A stretch of DNA of 64,000 nucleotides from a virus. Taxonomy: Duplodnaviria; Heunggongvirae; Uroviricota; Caudoviricetes. A program made the translations under genes and the position numbers. Of the stretch, positions 18,392 through 27,468 are shown piece by piece. The DNA lies in IMG/VR virus record IMGVR_UViG_3300017722_002988, positions 67,760 through 131,759 of that record; one strand, written 5' to 3'. Position 1 is the stretch's first letter, and each line of letters starts with the position of its first letter. The notes under the pieces are model-generated. The model had not been told where the DNA came from and did not search any database. It saw only the letters and a list, made by a program, of their open reading frames with translations.

Positions 18392-18661
18392 ATGCGATAC
18401 GCAGCTATTGAGACCACCACGACCCAGACTTGGGTTCCTGGTGATGAACGGAGCCGTACTAACCCAGGGCATGGTTACCCTGAGGGGTATGAAACGCACA
18501 CCACGATCACCATGCACGAGTTCGACACGATCGAACAGCTGACCGCATGGCTGACCCGTCAACAGCAGAGCACGTACAGCCGAGACCGCAAGTATCGGCT
18601 CATTCAGTTCGATGAGCTGCAGGCTCAAACGACCATCTCGGTTGCTGTGGTGCCGGCGTGA
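18392..18661 (+). CDS. hypothetical protein
   Basis: ORF. Confidence 0.45.
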   Translation: MRYAAIETTTTQTWVPGDERSRTNPGHGYPEGYETHTTITMHEFDTIEQLTAWLTRQQQSTYSRDRKYRLIQFDELQAQTTISVAVVPA

Positions 18662-18927
18662 CTCGGCTTCAGCCCGGTGATCGTCATTACGCCGTTCACA
18701 TGAACCATTGTAATGAGGGTGAGTGTTTCCGAATCTGTAAATACGGAGAATCGGACATTTGCCCGGCTTTGGAAGGAATCCTGCCGGACCCGGACCCAGA
18801 ATATGTGGTCAAGACTCTGACCCATATGGCTGAGCAGATGGAACGGCAGAACCCAGAATACATCAACAACATCTATCGTCAGGCAATCATCCTGATCGAT
18901 TATCATGGACACTATCATGAGTATTGA
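18658..18927 (+). CDS. hypothetical Cys/His-rich small protein
   Basis: ORF containing HCNEGEC...HGHYHEY. Confidence 0.45.
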   Translation: MTRLQPGDRHYAVHMNHCNEGECFRICKYGESDICPALEGILPDPDPEYVVKTLTHMAEQMERQNPEYINNIYRQAIILIDYHGHYHEY

Positions 18928-19080
18928 ACTTGAAGACCTCATTTCCGCTTTAGAACAAGGCGGCAAATCCGACGGTCGAGGCATCCGCCTCACGTCGTAT
19001 GACTCTCGCTTCACCGCTAAGGAAGCCAGACTTGAAATCATTGAACATTTGGCCCGTCTGAAAGATCTTCTCGATTAAGG

Positions 19081-19120
19081 GTGTACATAATATTCTAGTA
19101 TCGTATTATGTAATTGTAAG
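19081..19120 (+). promoter_or_regulatory. phage promoter motif
   Basis: GTGTACATAA, then TATTATGTAATTGTAAG. Confidence 0.55.
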
Positions 19121-19132
19121 GAGAGACTCTGA

Positions 19133-19585
19133 ATGACCCGCGGTGAGATGCTTGGAAAGATGCTGGTTCTGGCCACGACTGGTCACGCTGGCCAGTTCGA
19201 CAAGGGCGGCAAGCCCTACATCCTCCACCCTCTGGCGGTCATGAACATCCTCAACACGGATGACGAAGAGCTCCAGTGCATCGCCCTCGGCCACGACCTG
19301 ATCGAGGACACGGCTGCCACCTACCAAGATCTCCGCGATGCCGGAATGACCGAACGGGTCATCGACGGAATCCGCAGAATGACCAAGCAGCCCGGTCAAA
19401 CGCTGGACGAATACAAGGCGGTCATCTTCGAAAGCACTGACGCCATGCTGGTCAAGCAGGCCGACCTGACCCACAACTCGGACATTCGCCGACTGAAGGG
19501 GGTCTCCGAGAAGGACATTCAGCGGATGGCAAAGTACCACCGCTTCTACCTGGAAATCAGACAGAGACTGGAAGAGAAGAAGTGA
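19133..19585 (+). CDS. HD-domain phosphohydrolase, small alarmone (ppGpp) hydrolase-like
   Basis: HPLAVMNIL...ALGHDLIEDT matches the SpoT/Mesh1 HD motif. Confidence 0.7.
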   Translation: MTRGEMLGKMLVLATTGHAGQFDKGGKPYILHPLAVMNILNTDDEELQCIALGHDLIEDTAATYQDLRDAGMTERVIDGIRRMTKQPGQTLDEYKAVIFESTDAMLVKQADLTHNSDIRRLKGVSEKDIQRMAKYHRFYLEIRQRLEEKK

Positions 19586-19908
19586 AACCGTATAGCCTCG
19601 AATCTAAGGTTCAACATCAGACCAATGTCTTCGTCAGCGACCTGCTTGGCGGCGCCTATTCTGTGTCGAGCGGCATCACCAATCTGGTGATTGAAGGCCT
19701 CTCATTCGGCTATTACAATCCGGACGGCGCCACCAACCACATCCTCGGTGTAACTTTCCAAAGCCAAGAGGAAATTGAAGAGTATGCCCGTGAGCGTTTC
19801 TTCGAGGTCCTGACTGGTAAGATGGCGATCGGCAAGTTTTGTGAAGAGATTTTCACTTGCGCTGCAGTGTTCCGCCGTGAGACTCGTAAGAAGGAAGACG
19901 CTAAGTGA
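19582..19908 (+). CDS. hypothetical protein
   Basis: Coupled ORF. Confidence 0.45.
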   Translation: MKPYSLESKVQHQTNVFVSDLLGGAYSVSSGITNLVIEGLSFGYYNPDGATNHILGVTFQSQEEIEEYARERFFEVLTGKMAIGKFCEEIFTCAAVFRRETRKKEDAK

Positions 19909-20159
19909 GACCCTATTTCTTCAATCGCCGCATCCTAGTTCCGTTCTATCGGCTGCGCTATAGGCTGTTTGGCCCCAGGCCGCAGAAAGCGTACATGTGC
20001 CAAGTGGACTACGACCATCACCTTGATGGTGACAGCTATGGTTGCAAGGTTTTTGGCGATATCGAAGACCTTCGGAAGCATAAGCCATGTGTGTCCGCCT
20101 GCGGAATCGTCGAGGTCAAAATTGTTCGGACTAAGATCGTCCAGCCATCAAAGCACTGA
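19905..20159 (+). CDS. hypothetical protein
   Basis: Coupled ORF. Confidence 0.4.
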   Translation: MRPYFFNRRILVPFYRLRYRLFGPRPQKAYMCQVDYDHHLDGDSYGCKVFGDIEDLRKHKPCVSACGIVEVKIVRTKIVQPSKH

Positions 20160-20217
20160 TATATAAACATGTGCATCGGGATAGACCCACGCACCTCATA
20201 GCCCTAAGGAGTTTAGG

Positions 20218-21237
20218 ATGAAAGAATATAAGACTGCGGTCGTGATCATGCGAGCACAACCGCCACACATCGCCCACGTTGAGCTAATCCGTGAGGCATA
20301 TGACATCGCCGATCACGTCATTTTGATTTTTGGCAGTTCGTATCTCCCCCGATCCTACAAGAACCCATTTACTTTCGATGAGCGTAAGAGCATGATGCTC
20401 GACGCCCTCTATGATGCTGGTATGCCAGCCTTTAGCGGTTTCGAGTATCACGGTTCGCCGGACTTCAATGACAACAACGCTTGGGCAGCCAACATTCAAG
20501 AGTTGGTCGGCGACAGCGGCAAGACGGTTCTCGTCGGACACATGAAGGACAACTCGAGCTTCTATCTCGACATGTTCCCCCAATGGGATCGCTTTGACCC
20601 CGGCCTGGTTCATCCCCTGAATGCGACGGACGTGCGAGATCTCTATTTCCGCAAGGACTGCAATCTCCGTTATTTCTCAGACGTTCTGCCAACCTCTGTC
20701 ATTTCGTTCCTGCGTGCTTTCAAAGCAACCGAGGAATATCAGCAGGTCATCCGCGAGCGCGAACATATCGAAATGTATCGTCGCCAGTATGAACATCTCC
20801 CATACGCTCCAGTCTTCGTGACGGTTGACAACGTCATTTTCCAATGCGGTCACATCCTGATGGTCAAGCGTCGCTCGGAACCGGGCAAAGGGCTCTGGGC
20901 TCTACCCGGTGGATTCCTGAACGCGGCGACCGATCATTCTCTTGAGGATGCTGCCATCCGAGAACTGAAGGAAGAGACCAAGATCAAGATCCCTGTTCCT
21001 GTTCTCAAGGGTTCCATCAAGGGCAGCAAAGTCTTTGATGCGATCAACCGCTCGGCACGTGGACGGACCATCACTCACGCCTTCCACTACGTTCTTCCTG
21101 ACGGCGAACTGCCTAAGGTTCGTGGTGCTGACGACGCTGAGAAGGCCGTGTGGATTCCGATCTCGCAAGTCAATCGTGAAGAGTGCTTTGAAGACCACTA
21201 CCTCATCATCCAACACTTCGTGGGAGCCACAAAATGA
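20218..21237 (+). CDS. natV: bifunctional NMN adenylyltransferase / Nudix hydrolase (NadM/NatV-like)
   Basis: N-terminal nucleotidyltransferase PPHIAH; C-terminal Nudix box GGFLNAATDHSLEDAAIRELKEETKI. Confidence 0.8.
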   Translation: MKEYKTAVVIMRAQPPHIAHVELIREAYDIADHVILIFGSSYLPRSYKNPFTFDERKSMMLDALYDAGMPAFSGFEYHGSPDFNDNNAWAANIQELVGDSGKTVLVGHMKDNSSFYLDMFPQWDRFDPGLVHPLNATDVRDLYFRKDCNLRYFSDVLPTSVISFLRAFKATEEYQQVIREREHIEMYRRQYEHLPYAPVFVTVDNVIFQCGHILMVKRRSEPGKGLWALPGGFLNAATDHSLEDAAIRELKEETKIKIPVPVLKGSIKGSKVFDAINRSARGRTITHAFHYVLPDGELPKVRGADDAEKAVWIPISQVNREECFEDHYLIIQHFVGATK

Positions 21238-21506
21238 GAGTCTTTGTCTGGGTAGGCTATGGTAACAGTAGCGTCTATTACGCTGAGACACAAGAAGATC
21301 TTCGCAAGATCTACAACGAGGTTCGTAACGCTCTTCGGGACTTTTATACTCCTGAAGAATTCATCGAGACCTTTGGTCCTGAGCCTGATCTTCTCAGCCA
21401 CATTCGTGAGAGAGACGTTTGCGACATGATCGAACGCTTCGGCGGCTTCGGTCAGCACGACTCATTCGAATGGGGTACCGAATTCACCAAACTGCTGGGT
21501 CGATAG
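21234..21506 (+). CDS. hypothetical protein
   Basis: Coupled ORF. Confidence 0.45.
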   Translation: MRVFVWVGYGNSSVYYAETQEDLRKIYNEVRNALRDFYTPEEFIETFGPEPDLLSHIRERDVCDMIERFGGFGQHDSFEWGTEFTKLLGR

Positions 21507-21539
21507 ACGACCTCGCTTAAACCGCAAAGGAGCTTTGCA

Positions 21540-22907
21540 ATGCTAAACGAAAACAACATCATCTTCAACTCGGATTCCTACAAGTACAGTATGTACCTCC
21601 AGTATCCGCCAGAAACGAAAACCGTCTATTCTTACATCGAGAGCCGCGGAGGCAAGTGGGATTCGACTGTTTACTTCGGCCTCCAGGCTTTCATCAAGAA
21701 GTATCTGTTGACTCCGGTCACTATGGAAGACATTGATGAAGCCGAAGCAGTTATTCTGGCACACGGTGAACCATTCAATCGTGCCGGCTGGGAATACATT
21801 GTCAACGCTCACGGAGGCCGCTTGCCGATCGTGATCCGTTCGGCTCCTGAGGGTTCTATCATCCCCGGCAAGAACGTCCTGCTGGTTATCGAGAACACCG
21901 ACCCGGAATGCTTCTGGCTGACGACCTTCCTCGAGACGGCTCTGCTTCGTGCCATTTGGTATCCGACTACGGTCGCTACAAACTCTTATGAGTCCAAGAA
22001 GGAGATCTTGTCCTACCTCGAGAAGACCGGTGATCCTGAATCGATCGGCTTCAAGCTGCACGACTTTGGTGCACGTGGTGTGTCTTCCAAGGAATCTGCC
22101 GGCCTCGGCGGCATGGCTCACCTTGTGAACTTCAACGGCACCGACACTGTGATGGGTCTTGTCTACGCTCGCAACTTCTACGGTGCCGATATGGCCGGCT
22201 TCTCCATCCCTGCTGCCGAGCACAGCACCGTCACGTCGTGGGGCAAGGAGAACGAAGTTCTGCCTTATCGGAACATGCTGAAGCAGTTTGCTCGTGAGGG
22301 AACGGTTGTGGCGGTTGTTTCGGACAGCTATGACATCTTCAATGCTTGCGAGCTTTGGGGAACCGAACTGAAGCAAGAGGTGATTGACTCGGGTGCAACT
22401 GTCGTCATCCGTCCGGACTCCGGCAATCCTCCTGAGGTTGTTCTGTCGTGCGTTCAGATCTTGGACAAGAACTTTGGACACACGCTCAACGCGAAGGGCT
22501 ACAAAGTCCTGAACAACGTGCGTGTCATCCAGGGTGACGGCATCGACAAGCAGATGATCCGTGCCATCCTCTACACTCTGACTCTGGCCGGCTACTCGGC
22601 TGATAACGTTGCCTTCGGTCAAGGTGGAGCCCTCTTGCAGATGGTCAACCGTGACGACCTGGCTTTCGCCATGAAGTGCTCGGCCATTCAAATCGGTGAC
22701 CGTTGGGTTGAGGTTTTCAAAGACCCGATCACTGACCAGGGTAAGAAATCTAAGAGAGGTCGTGTTACCCTCTATCAAGAGAAGGATGGGACCTTCCACT
22801 CCGGCGTCGAGGATTGGCAAACGCCGGCCCTTGATGAGGTCTACCGAGACGGGGTTCTCGTCAAGGAAACCACCTGGGATGAGGTCACTGCTCGGGCAAG
22901 AAAATAA
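21540..22907 (+). CDS. nadV: nicotinamide phosphoribosyltransferase (NAMPT/NadV)
   Basis: 455 aa; NAMPT-family similarity (YSIPAAEHST, GDGID); paired with natV as in KVP40-type phages. Confidence 0.85.
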   Translation: MLNENNIIFNSDSYKYSMYLQYPPETKTVYSYIESRGGKWDSTVYFGLQAFIKKYLLTPVTMEDIDEAEAVILAHGEPFNRAGWEYIVNAHGGRLPIVIRSAPEGSIIPGKNVLLVIENTDPECFWLTTFLETALLRAIWYPTTVATNSYESKKEILSYLEKTGDPESIGFKLHDFGARGVSSKESAGLGGMAHLVNFNGTDTVMGLVYARNFYGADMAGFSIPAAEHSTVTSWGKENEVLPYRNMLKQFAREGTVVAVVSDSYDIFNACELWGTELKQEVIDSGATVVIRPDSGNPPEVVLSCVQILDKNFGHTLNAKGYKVLNNVRVIQGDGIDKQMIRAILYTLTLAGYSADNVAFGQGGALLQMVNRDDLAFAMKCSAIQIGDRWVEVFKDPITDQGKKSKRGRVTLYQEKDGTFHSGVEDWQTPALDEVYRDGVLVKETTWDEVTARARK

Positions 22908-22915
22908 GACGGAAA

Positions 22916-22936
22916 GGAGCCTTCGGGCTCCTTTTT
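22916..22936 (+). terminator. rho-independent terminator (GGAGCC-TTCG-GGCTCC-TTTTT)
   Basis: Perfect stem, a TTCG tetraloop and a T-run after nadV. Confidence 0.8.
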
Positions 22937-22937
22937 C

Positions 22938-22979
22938 GTTGTACACAATTAGCAGACTGCTTATTATAGGAATGTAAGC
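22938..22979 (+). promoter_or_regulatory. phage promoter motif (TTGTACA, then CTGCTTATTATAGGAATGTAAG)
   Basis: Consensus match. Confidence 0.6.
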
Positions 22980-22991
22980 AAGGAAACGAAC

Positions 22992-23279
22992 ATGCTCCCC
23001 ATTTCAGATGAAGCTCGTGCGGTCGCTGCCACTGGCGGTTATAGCGAAGATCGCTATCGCAGCTGGCCTGCTGTCGCGCAAGCCCTCCTCGACCGCGGTT
23101 ATACCGCACAGGAAGCCGAAGCCATCATGCGGTCTAAGTGGACTCGCTGGGCTGCTGACGTGTCTGATGCTCCGTACGGCCAAGCGACGGCCGACATGCT
23201 GATCCGGTTCATTGAGAGCTCGCCGCGTCATTACGGCCCGGGTGCTGTCGCTGCGCTGGTTCAGGAAACCTTCGGATGA
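22992..23279 (+). CDS. hypothetical protein
   Basis: ORF after the promoter. Confidence 0.5.
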   Translation: MLPISDEARAVAATGGYSEDRYRSWPAVAQALLDRGYTAQEAEAIMRSKWTRWAADVSDAPYGQATADMLIRFIESSPRHYGPGAVAALVQETFG

Positions 23280-23524
23280 TCCAGATTCGTTCGAGCCAGT
23301 TCGACTCGTTTGTCGATGATGGCGTGAAGGTTCTGACTGCTGAGATCTCCGAGCTTGAGCTTGCGGGATTCCCGGCCCAGTTCCAACTCATCACTTCGGC
23401 TGGTCTGAAAGTGATGTTCGAAATTGTCGACACCACTCGGAATGAAGGTGACATTGTTATGGTCACCTATAAGCCGATGAGCCCTGCGTTCGGCTCCGCT
23501 CAGGTGGTCATTTTCAATGATTGA
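23276..23524 (+). CDS. hypothetical protein
   Basis: Coupled ORF. Confidence 0.45.
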   Translation: MIQIRSSQFDSFVDDGVKVLTAEISELELAGFPAQFQLITSAGLKVMFEIVDTTRNEGDIVMVTYKPMSPAFGSAQVVIFND

Positions 23525-23578
23525 AAAATAAAGGTGTACAAATAAGTCGAATCAAGTTAGAATGGCATAATCGACCTG

Positions 23579-23586
23579 TATAAATA
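23579..23586 (+). promoter_or_regulatory. T4-type late promoter -10 box (TATAAATA)
   Basis: Exact TATAAATA about 25 nt upstream of a small ORF ATG. Confidence 0.4.
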
Positions 23587-23610
23587 AGATACCTGAGAGT
23601 GAGGCGTACG

Positions 23611-23769
23611 ATGGAAGACTTTGACATCATTAAGCAACTGGACGCCAATCTCAAGAAGTTTGTTGGTGATACCAACGTGGATGCAGTTTTTGCTGACCCG
23701 AAGCGATACCGTCGCCTCGCGGATCAGTTCTGGAATACCAAAGTGGTCAAGCCGTCTAAGGCTGCCTGA
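23611..23769 (+). CDS. hypothetical small protein (52 aa, not listed in the ORF track)
   Basis: ATG with a GAGG RBS downstream of the TATAAATA box. Confidence 0.3.
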   Translation: MEDFDIIKQLDANLKKFVGDTNVDAVFADPKRYRRLADQFWNTKVVKPSKAA

Positions 23770-23776
23770 CCCTTTT

Positions 23777-23847
23777 AGGGGTGTGTTGTACGGGAGCATG
23801 CGGGCCTCCAAAACCTTGCGGCGGGGGTTCGAATCCCTCCACCCCTG
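23777..23847 (+). tRNA. tRNA-Trp(CCA)-like with a degenerate anticodon stem
   Basis: Acceptor AGGGGTG/CACCCCT; CTCCAAA loop; GGGGGTTCGAATCCCTC T-arm; encoded CCA; resembles E. coli tRNA-Trp. Confidence 0.5.
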
Positions 23848-23909
23848 CCATTGTGTAGCCACCTTCGGGTGATAAAAGAAATGGGCGTGCTACCGTCCTA
23901 TTTTATTTT

Positions 23910-23981
23910 GGGCCTATAGTGATAACGGTAGCACTGTAGCTTTGCAAGCTTCAAGTCGGGGTTCGATTCCCCGTGGGTCCA
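23910..23981 (+). tRNA. tRNA-Ala(TGC)
   Basis: G3:U70 pair, TTTGCAA anticodon loop, canonical T-arm, CCA. Confidence 0.7.
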
Positions 23982-23992
23982 CCAAACACACC

Positions 23993-24065
23993 GCTCCTAT
24001 GGTGATACTGATGTGCATGAGCCCTTGGTACGGGTTAGGTAGAGGTTTGACTCCTCTTGGGAGCA
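23993..24065 (+). tRNA. tRNA-Thr(GGT)
   Basis: Acceptor GCTCCTA/TGGGAGC; anticodon stem AGCCC/GGGTT; TTGGTAC loop. Confidence 0.65.
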
Positions 24066-24075
24066 CCATTTTTGT

Positions 24076-24143
24076 GCCGAGGTGAACAGGGTTCACGCTG
24101 GGTTGTGTCCCCGGCGGGCACGGTTCGATACCGTGTCTCGGTT
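24076..24143 (+). tRNA. tRNA-like, anticodon GTG?, atypical D-arm
   Basis: Acceptor with G:U pairs; CTGGG-TTGTGTC-CCCGG arm; CACGGTTCGATACCGTG T-arm. Confidence 0.4.
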
Positions 24144-24152
24144 CCATTTCTT

Positions 24153-24226
24153 CCCGCCTTAGTGATAGCTGGTTAGCACGCTGGATTGTGGATCCGGTAG
24201 GCTGGGTTCGAATCCCAGGGGTGGGA
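24153..24226 (+). tRNA. tRNA-His(GTG)
   Basis: Anticodon arm CTGGA-TTGTGGA-TCCGG; T-arm CTGGGTTCGAATCCCAG. Confidence 0.55.
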
Positions 24227-24259
24227 CCATCTCATATATACTATGTAACATCAAATAAT

Positions 24260-24333
24260 CCGAGTGTAGGCCAGCCTGGTAGGTCGCTCCGTTTGGGTCG
24301 GAGAAGTCGTGAGTTCGAATCCCACCTCTCGGA
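24260..24333 (+). tRNA. tRNA-Pro(TGG)
   Basis: C1:G72 pair; arm CTCCG-TTTGGGT-CGGAG; D-arm GGCCAGCCTGGTAGGTC. Confidence 0.65.
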
Positions 24334-24379
24334 CCATTTTTAGTGTGTAGTGCTTGAAGTTTGAAGCATAAATATCTGC

Positions 24380-24838
24380 ATGACTATAGCAGATATGATC
24401 ACGAAGAAGCCTTGTATGTATTGCTCCAGAGAAATATCTTTGGGTAACATAGCAAAACATGAAAGGTCTTGTATAAAAAATCCTGGCAATGCCAAGATCT
24501 GTCCTTCGTGCTCTAAGCCATTCTTCTCTTCAGGCACTACATGCTCTTATGCCTGTTCAAATAAACATTTCCGGTCTGGATCGAATCATCCTAACTGGAA
24601 GCCAGATGGTTATAAGAACATGTGCTGGGAACATCATGGCAAGAAGTGTCTTGTTTGTGGTGAAGAAAAGATTGTTACGGTCCATCATGTAAATGAGGAT
24701 CACGATGATAATAGGCCTGAGAATGTAGTTCCGCTTTGTCCGACGCACCATCACTATGTGCACAGCCGATACAAGAACGAAGTTCAACCTATTATCGAAG
24801 AATATTTACATACGTTTCAACTGAGTCGACGAGGCTAG
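24380..24838 (+). CDS. HNH homing endonuclease
   Basis: N-terminal CxxC...H...C zinc finger; HHVNEDHDDNRPENVVPLCPTHHHYVH HNH motif. Confidence 0.7.
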   Translation: MTIADMITKKPCMYCSREISLGNIAKHERSCIKNPGNAKICPSCSKPFFSSGTTCSYACSNKHFRSGSNHPNWKPDGYKNMCWEHHGKKCLVCGEEKIVTVHHVNEDHDDNRPENVVPLCPTHHHYVHSRYKNEVQPIIEEYLHTFQLSRRG

Positions 24839-24892
24839 GACATCTCTCACGTTTGGAGCGTGGGAAGCCGGGTGCGATCCCCGGGACTCAGA
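24821..24892 (+). tRNA. tRNA (anticodon TGG?), overlapping the 3' end of the HNH ORF
   Basis: Acceptor CTGAGTC/GACTCAG; arm TCACG-TTTGGAG-CGTGG; T-arm CCGGG-TGCGATC-CCCGG (non-canonical loop); CCA. Confidence 0.5.
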
Positions 24893-24916
24893 CCATTTTC
24901 ATCTTAGGAGACACAT

Positions 24917-25171
24917 ATGCCTGAAGCAAATAAAGTAGTAGCCGCCACCGTCACAAAAGCAATCGAATCTGTCAAGCCAGCTGCAACTCCAGCCACTAAG
25001 ACGGTAAAGGTCGCCGACATTGTTGGCCCTATGGATGACGCAGAAGTGGTTGATGGTATCAACGCCCTTCTAGCTGAGTGGTCCGAGCAGAATCAGGGAG
25101 TTGCCAAGGTTGATCTTCAACTTGGAGCCTTCCGTACGATTCTGCAGACAGCACGAATCCCGGCCGAGTAA
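24917..25171 (+). CDS. hypothetical protein
   Basis: Strong RBS TAGGAGACACAT ahead of the ATG. Confidence 0.55.
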   Translation: MPEANKVVAATVTKAIESVKPAATPATKTVKVADIVGPMDDAEVVDGINALLAEWSEQNQGVAKVDLQLGAFRTILQTARIPAE

Positions 25172-25319
25172 GACAGAGAAAACCCAAGCGTCTGGAGCCA
25201 TGGGCGAGGCCAGTAAATAGCCTGTGTGTATCTCAAAGGGGCAGCTTCGTGGTCTCGAGCTGTTGTGGAGGTTCGCTCTCCGTATTTTATAAATACAGGA
25301 TAACACTAGAGGATCCTGC

Positions 25320-25700
25320 ATGAAAACGTTCAGACAACACATCGTAGAAGCCGTCGTTACCAGAAGTCTTCATGACATTTTGACTAAGGATCACGGATTC
25401 AAGCACGAAGAAGTTCACGGCGAAGGGTGGAGAAGCCCTCACTCTAGAGGTGTTGATCAATATCATACCTCAGAAATGCTTGAACCTGAGGATACACATA
25501 AGATTCTCACTAAAGCTGGTTACACGCATCTAACAAGATCCAAGGCCGATTCTAGAGTTTCTCTCGACAAGCATGTTCATTACGAAAAAGAACAGCTAGG
25601 TAGCAGACATTCTGTAACTGTGCATCATGAAACTGGGTTTGGCGATGCTCCTAAAGAAGTTAGCCACATTACGGCCCAGTGGCATACCACAAGAGATTAA
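25320..25700 (+). CDS. His-rich protein with a capsid-targeting-like N-terminus (MKTFRQHIVEA)
   Basis: Member of the MKTFxQ(H/F)(I/V)xE paralog family. Confidence 0.6.
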   Translation: MKTFRQHIVEAVVTRSLHDILTKDHGFKHEEVHGEGWRSPHSRGVDQYHTSEMLEPEDTHKILTKAGYTHLTRSKADSRVSLDKHVHYEKEQLGSRHSVTVHHETGFGDAPKEVSHITAQWHTTRD

Positions 25701-25707
25701 GAACAAC

Positions 25708-25779
25708 GCCTCCGTAGTGATAATGGTAGCACGGGTGTTTCGTAATCATCCAGTCGGGGTTCGATCCCTCGCGGGGGCA
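25708..25779 (+). tRNA. tRNA-Thr(CGT)
   Basis: Acceptor GCCTCCG/CGGGGGC; arm GGTGT-TTCGTAA-TCATC (T:T closing pair); canonical T-arm. Confidence 0.55.
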
Positions 25780-25796
25780 CCAACCAGGAATACCGA

Positions 25797-26459
25797 ATGA
25801 AGTCTTTTAGAGAACACATCGTCGAAGCCAAGGGCGTCACTCACTCAGCCCTCAGCAAACAGGTTGAGAAGCTATACGACGCCCATAAGGCTGGCAGTAA
25901 TGACCATGAAGTTGTTCATGTGAAGAAGAATGCCCACACGGGAGCATCTAGTTATAGCAGTGGTTCTGTCAAAGCCAATACACTAGCTTACCGACATAGA
26001 GCTGGTGTGAAGTACGTCGGTCACCCGATGAAGGACGATGTCCAGAAGCTGATTAAGAAGCACGGCGGGACCTCTACAGGATCTTCGGCTAACGGCAACG
26101 AGGGTGGCTATATTGACACCTCGGACGGCTATCGCCACCATTTCACTCGTCAGCTTGGGTCGAACTACAATACGTTCGACCATGAGGTTCACAAGAAGCA
26201 AATCTCTGAAGAGATGACTGACGACGAGATCGATGCGCATAACGATAGCTTCAATGAGAAGGTTGCTTCTGCTCACGATAAGTACATCACCAAGCATTTT
26301 GGTAAAAATGCCGATGTGAACTGGGGTTCAGGTCATGATGAAGACGGTGAACACGGAATGTTTACCTCTAAAGTCTTCCATCCAGATCATGGCCGAGTTT
26401 ATGTAACGACACATTATAACACCAAGACGCACAAAGTGCTCAAGCACGAAGAAGAATAA
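25797..26459 (+). CDS. His-rich protein with a capsid-targeting-like N-terminus (MKSFREHIVEA)
   Basis: Paralog of 25320, 60831 and 61841. Confidence 0.6.
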   Translation: MKSFREHIVEAKGVTHSALSKQVEKLYDAHKAGSNDHEVVHVKKNAHTGASSYSSGSVKANTLAYRHRAGVKYVGHPMKDDVQKLIKKHGGTSTGSSANGNEGGYIDTSDGYRHHFTRQLGSNYNTFDHEVHKKQISEEMTDDEIDAHNDSFNEKVASAHDKYITKHFGKNADVNWGSGHDEDGEHGMFTSKVFHPDHGRVYVTTHYNTKTHKVLKHEEE

Positions 26460-26466
26460 GATTTAA

Positions 26467-26538
26467 GCCTCTGTAGTGGTAATGGTAGCACGGGTGTTTT
26501 GTACTCACCCAGTCGGGGTTCGATTCCTCGGGGAGGCA
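26467..26538 (+). tRNA. tRNA-Thr(TGT)
   Basis: Near-duplicate of the Thr(CGT) gene; arm GGTGT-TTTGTAC-TCACC. Confidence 0.6.
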
Positions 26539-26667
26539 CCATACGGCTTCGGCCGCTCGGTTCTTCGGAACCACACCCTTAGCAGGACTTAAGAAACCGC
26601 TAAGGGTCAATATTTGGAACCGTGGCAGAGTGGACTATCGCACTGTCTTGATTTGCATAAATAACTA

Positions 26668-27297
26668 ATGCAAACACTCTGTCAATTCTGCGATAAAAGC
26701 TCTAGTAACCCTGGGGCATTAGCAAAACATCAAAAACACTGTAAAAACAATCCCGGCTACGTTAAGGCTTTTAGGAGTCCTAGAGCTGGGGCAAAAAAGG
26801 GTAGTACTCCTTGGAATAAAGGGAAATCTGGAGTTTACTCTTCTACAACCCTTGACAAAATGCGATCTTCTGGAGGACACCTTCATACCGAAGAGACCAA
26901 AAACAAGTTAAGTGTCATCGCTAAAAATAGCGGCCTCGGCGGATATACAAAAAATGGAGGTCGAGGCAAAAAAGGATATTTCAAAGGTATATGGTGTGAT
27001 AGCTCGTGGGAACTGGCCTATGTCATTTTCAATCTTGATCATGGGCATAAGATAGAGAAAAACTCTAAAGGCTTTCCTTACGAGCATGAAGGAAAAACAA
27101 AGAATTATATACCGGATTTTGTTTTAGAAGATGGCACATACGTAGAAATCAAAGGTTATTCTACTGAACAATGGCTACACAAGCAACACCACTTCAGTTA
27201 TCCATTGGTTACGCTATATAAAAGCGATATGAATACATACCTTTCTTATGTTATCGAAAAATACGGAAAGAATTTCATAGATCTTTACGAGAAATAA
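26668..27297 (+). CDS. putative homing endonuclease (Zn finger, NUMOD3-like, PD-(D/E)xK-like)
   Basis: CQFCDK...HQKHC finger shared with the HNH ORF; HTEETKNKLS NUMOD3-like repeat; IPDFVLEDGTYVEIKG. Confidence 0.5.
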   Translation: MQTLCQFCDKSSSNPGALAKHQKHCKNNPGYVKAFRSPRAGAKKGSTPWNKGKSGVYSSTTLDKMRSSGGHLHTEETKNKLSVIAKNSGLGGYTKNGGRGKKGYFKGIWCDSSWELAYVIFNLDHGHKIEKNSKGFPYEHEGKTKNYIPDFVLEDGTYVEIKGYSTEQWLHKQHHFSYPLVTLYKSDMNTYLSYVIEKYGKNFIDLYEK

Positions 27298-27298
27298 T

Positions 27299-27386
27299 GG
27301 ATGCGGTTCCCTGATGGTGAGGGGCGTCGCCTGGAAAGCGCACGGTAGGCAGCAATGTCTACGGAGTTCGATTCTTCTCGCATCCG
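27299..27386 (+). tRNA. tRNA-Ser(GGA), type II
   Basis: 88 nt; CTGGAAA anticodon loop; long variable arm; acceptor GGATGCG/CGCATCC. Confidence 0.55.
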
Positions 27387-27414
27387 CCATTATTTAATGT
27401 GCATCGAATAATAG

Positions 27415-27455
27415 TTGTGTACTTAATATCCCAGCCGATTAGAATGGGAAGATAA
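27415..27455 (+). promoter_or_regulatory. phage promoter motif upstream of the tRNA block
   Basis: TTGTGTAC, then TTAGAATGGGAAGATAAATA. Confidence 0.4.
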
Positions 27456-27468
27456 ATACAGACTTAAT

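Noticed and set aside
21543-22946. 467-aa minus-strand ORF spanning nadV
   Set aside because: It is exactly antisense to a + strand gene with clear NAMPT homology and has no motifs of its own, so it is a reverse-frame artefact of codon bias.
23557-24147. Minus-strand ORFs across the first tRNA cluster (for example 23557-23862, 23914-24147)
   Set aside because: They translate through tRNA genes (the WRDSNPR-type artefact of GGTTCGAATCC), so they are not coding.
25195-25295. Possible tRNA (GGAGGTTCGCTCTCC hairpin) after ORF 24917
   Set aside because: There is no complementary acceptor stem or anticodon arm, so it is more likely a terminator-like hairpin.
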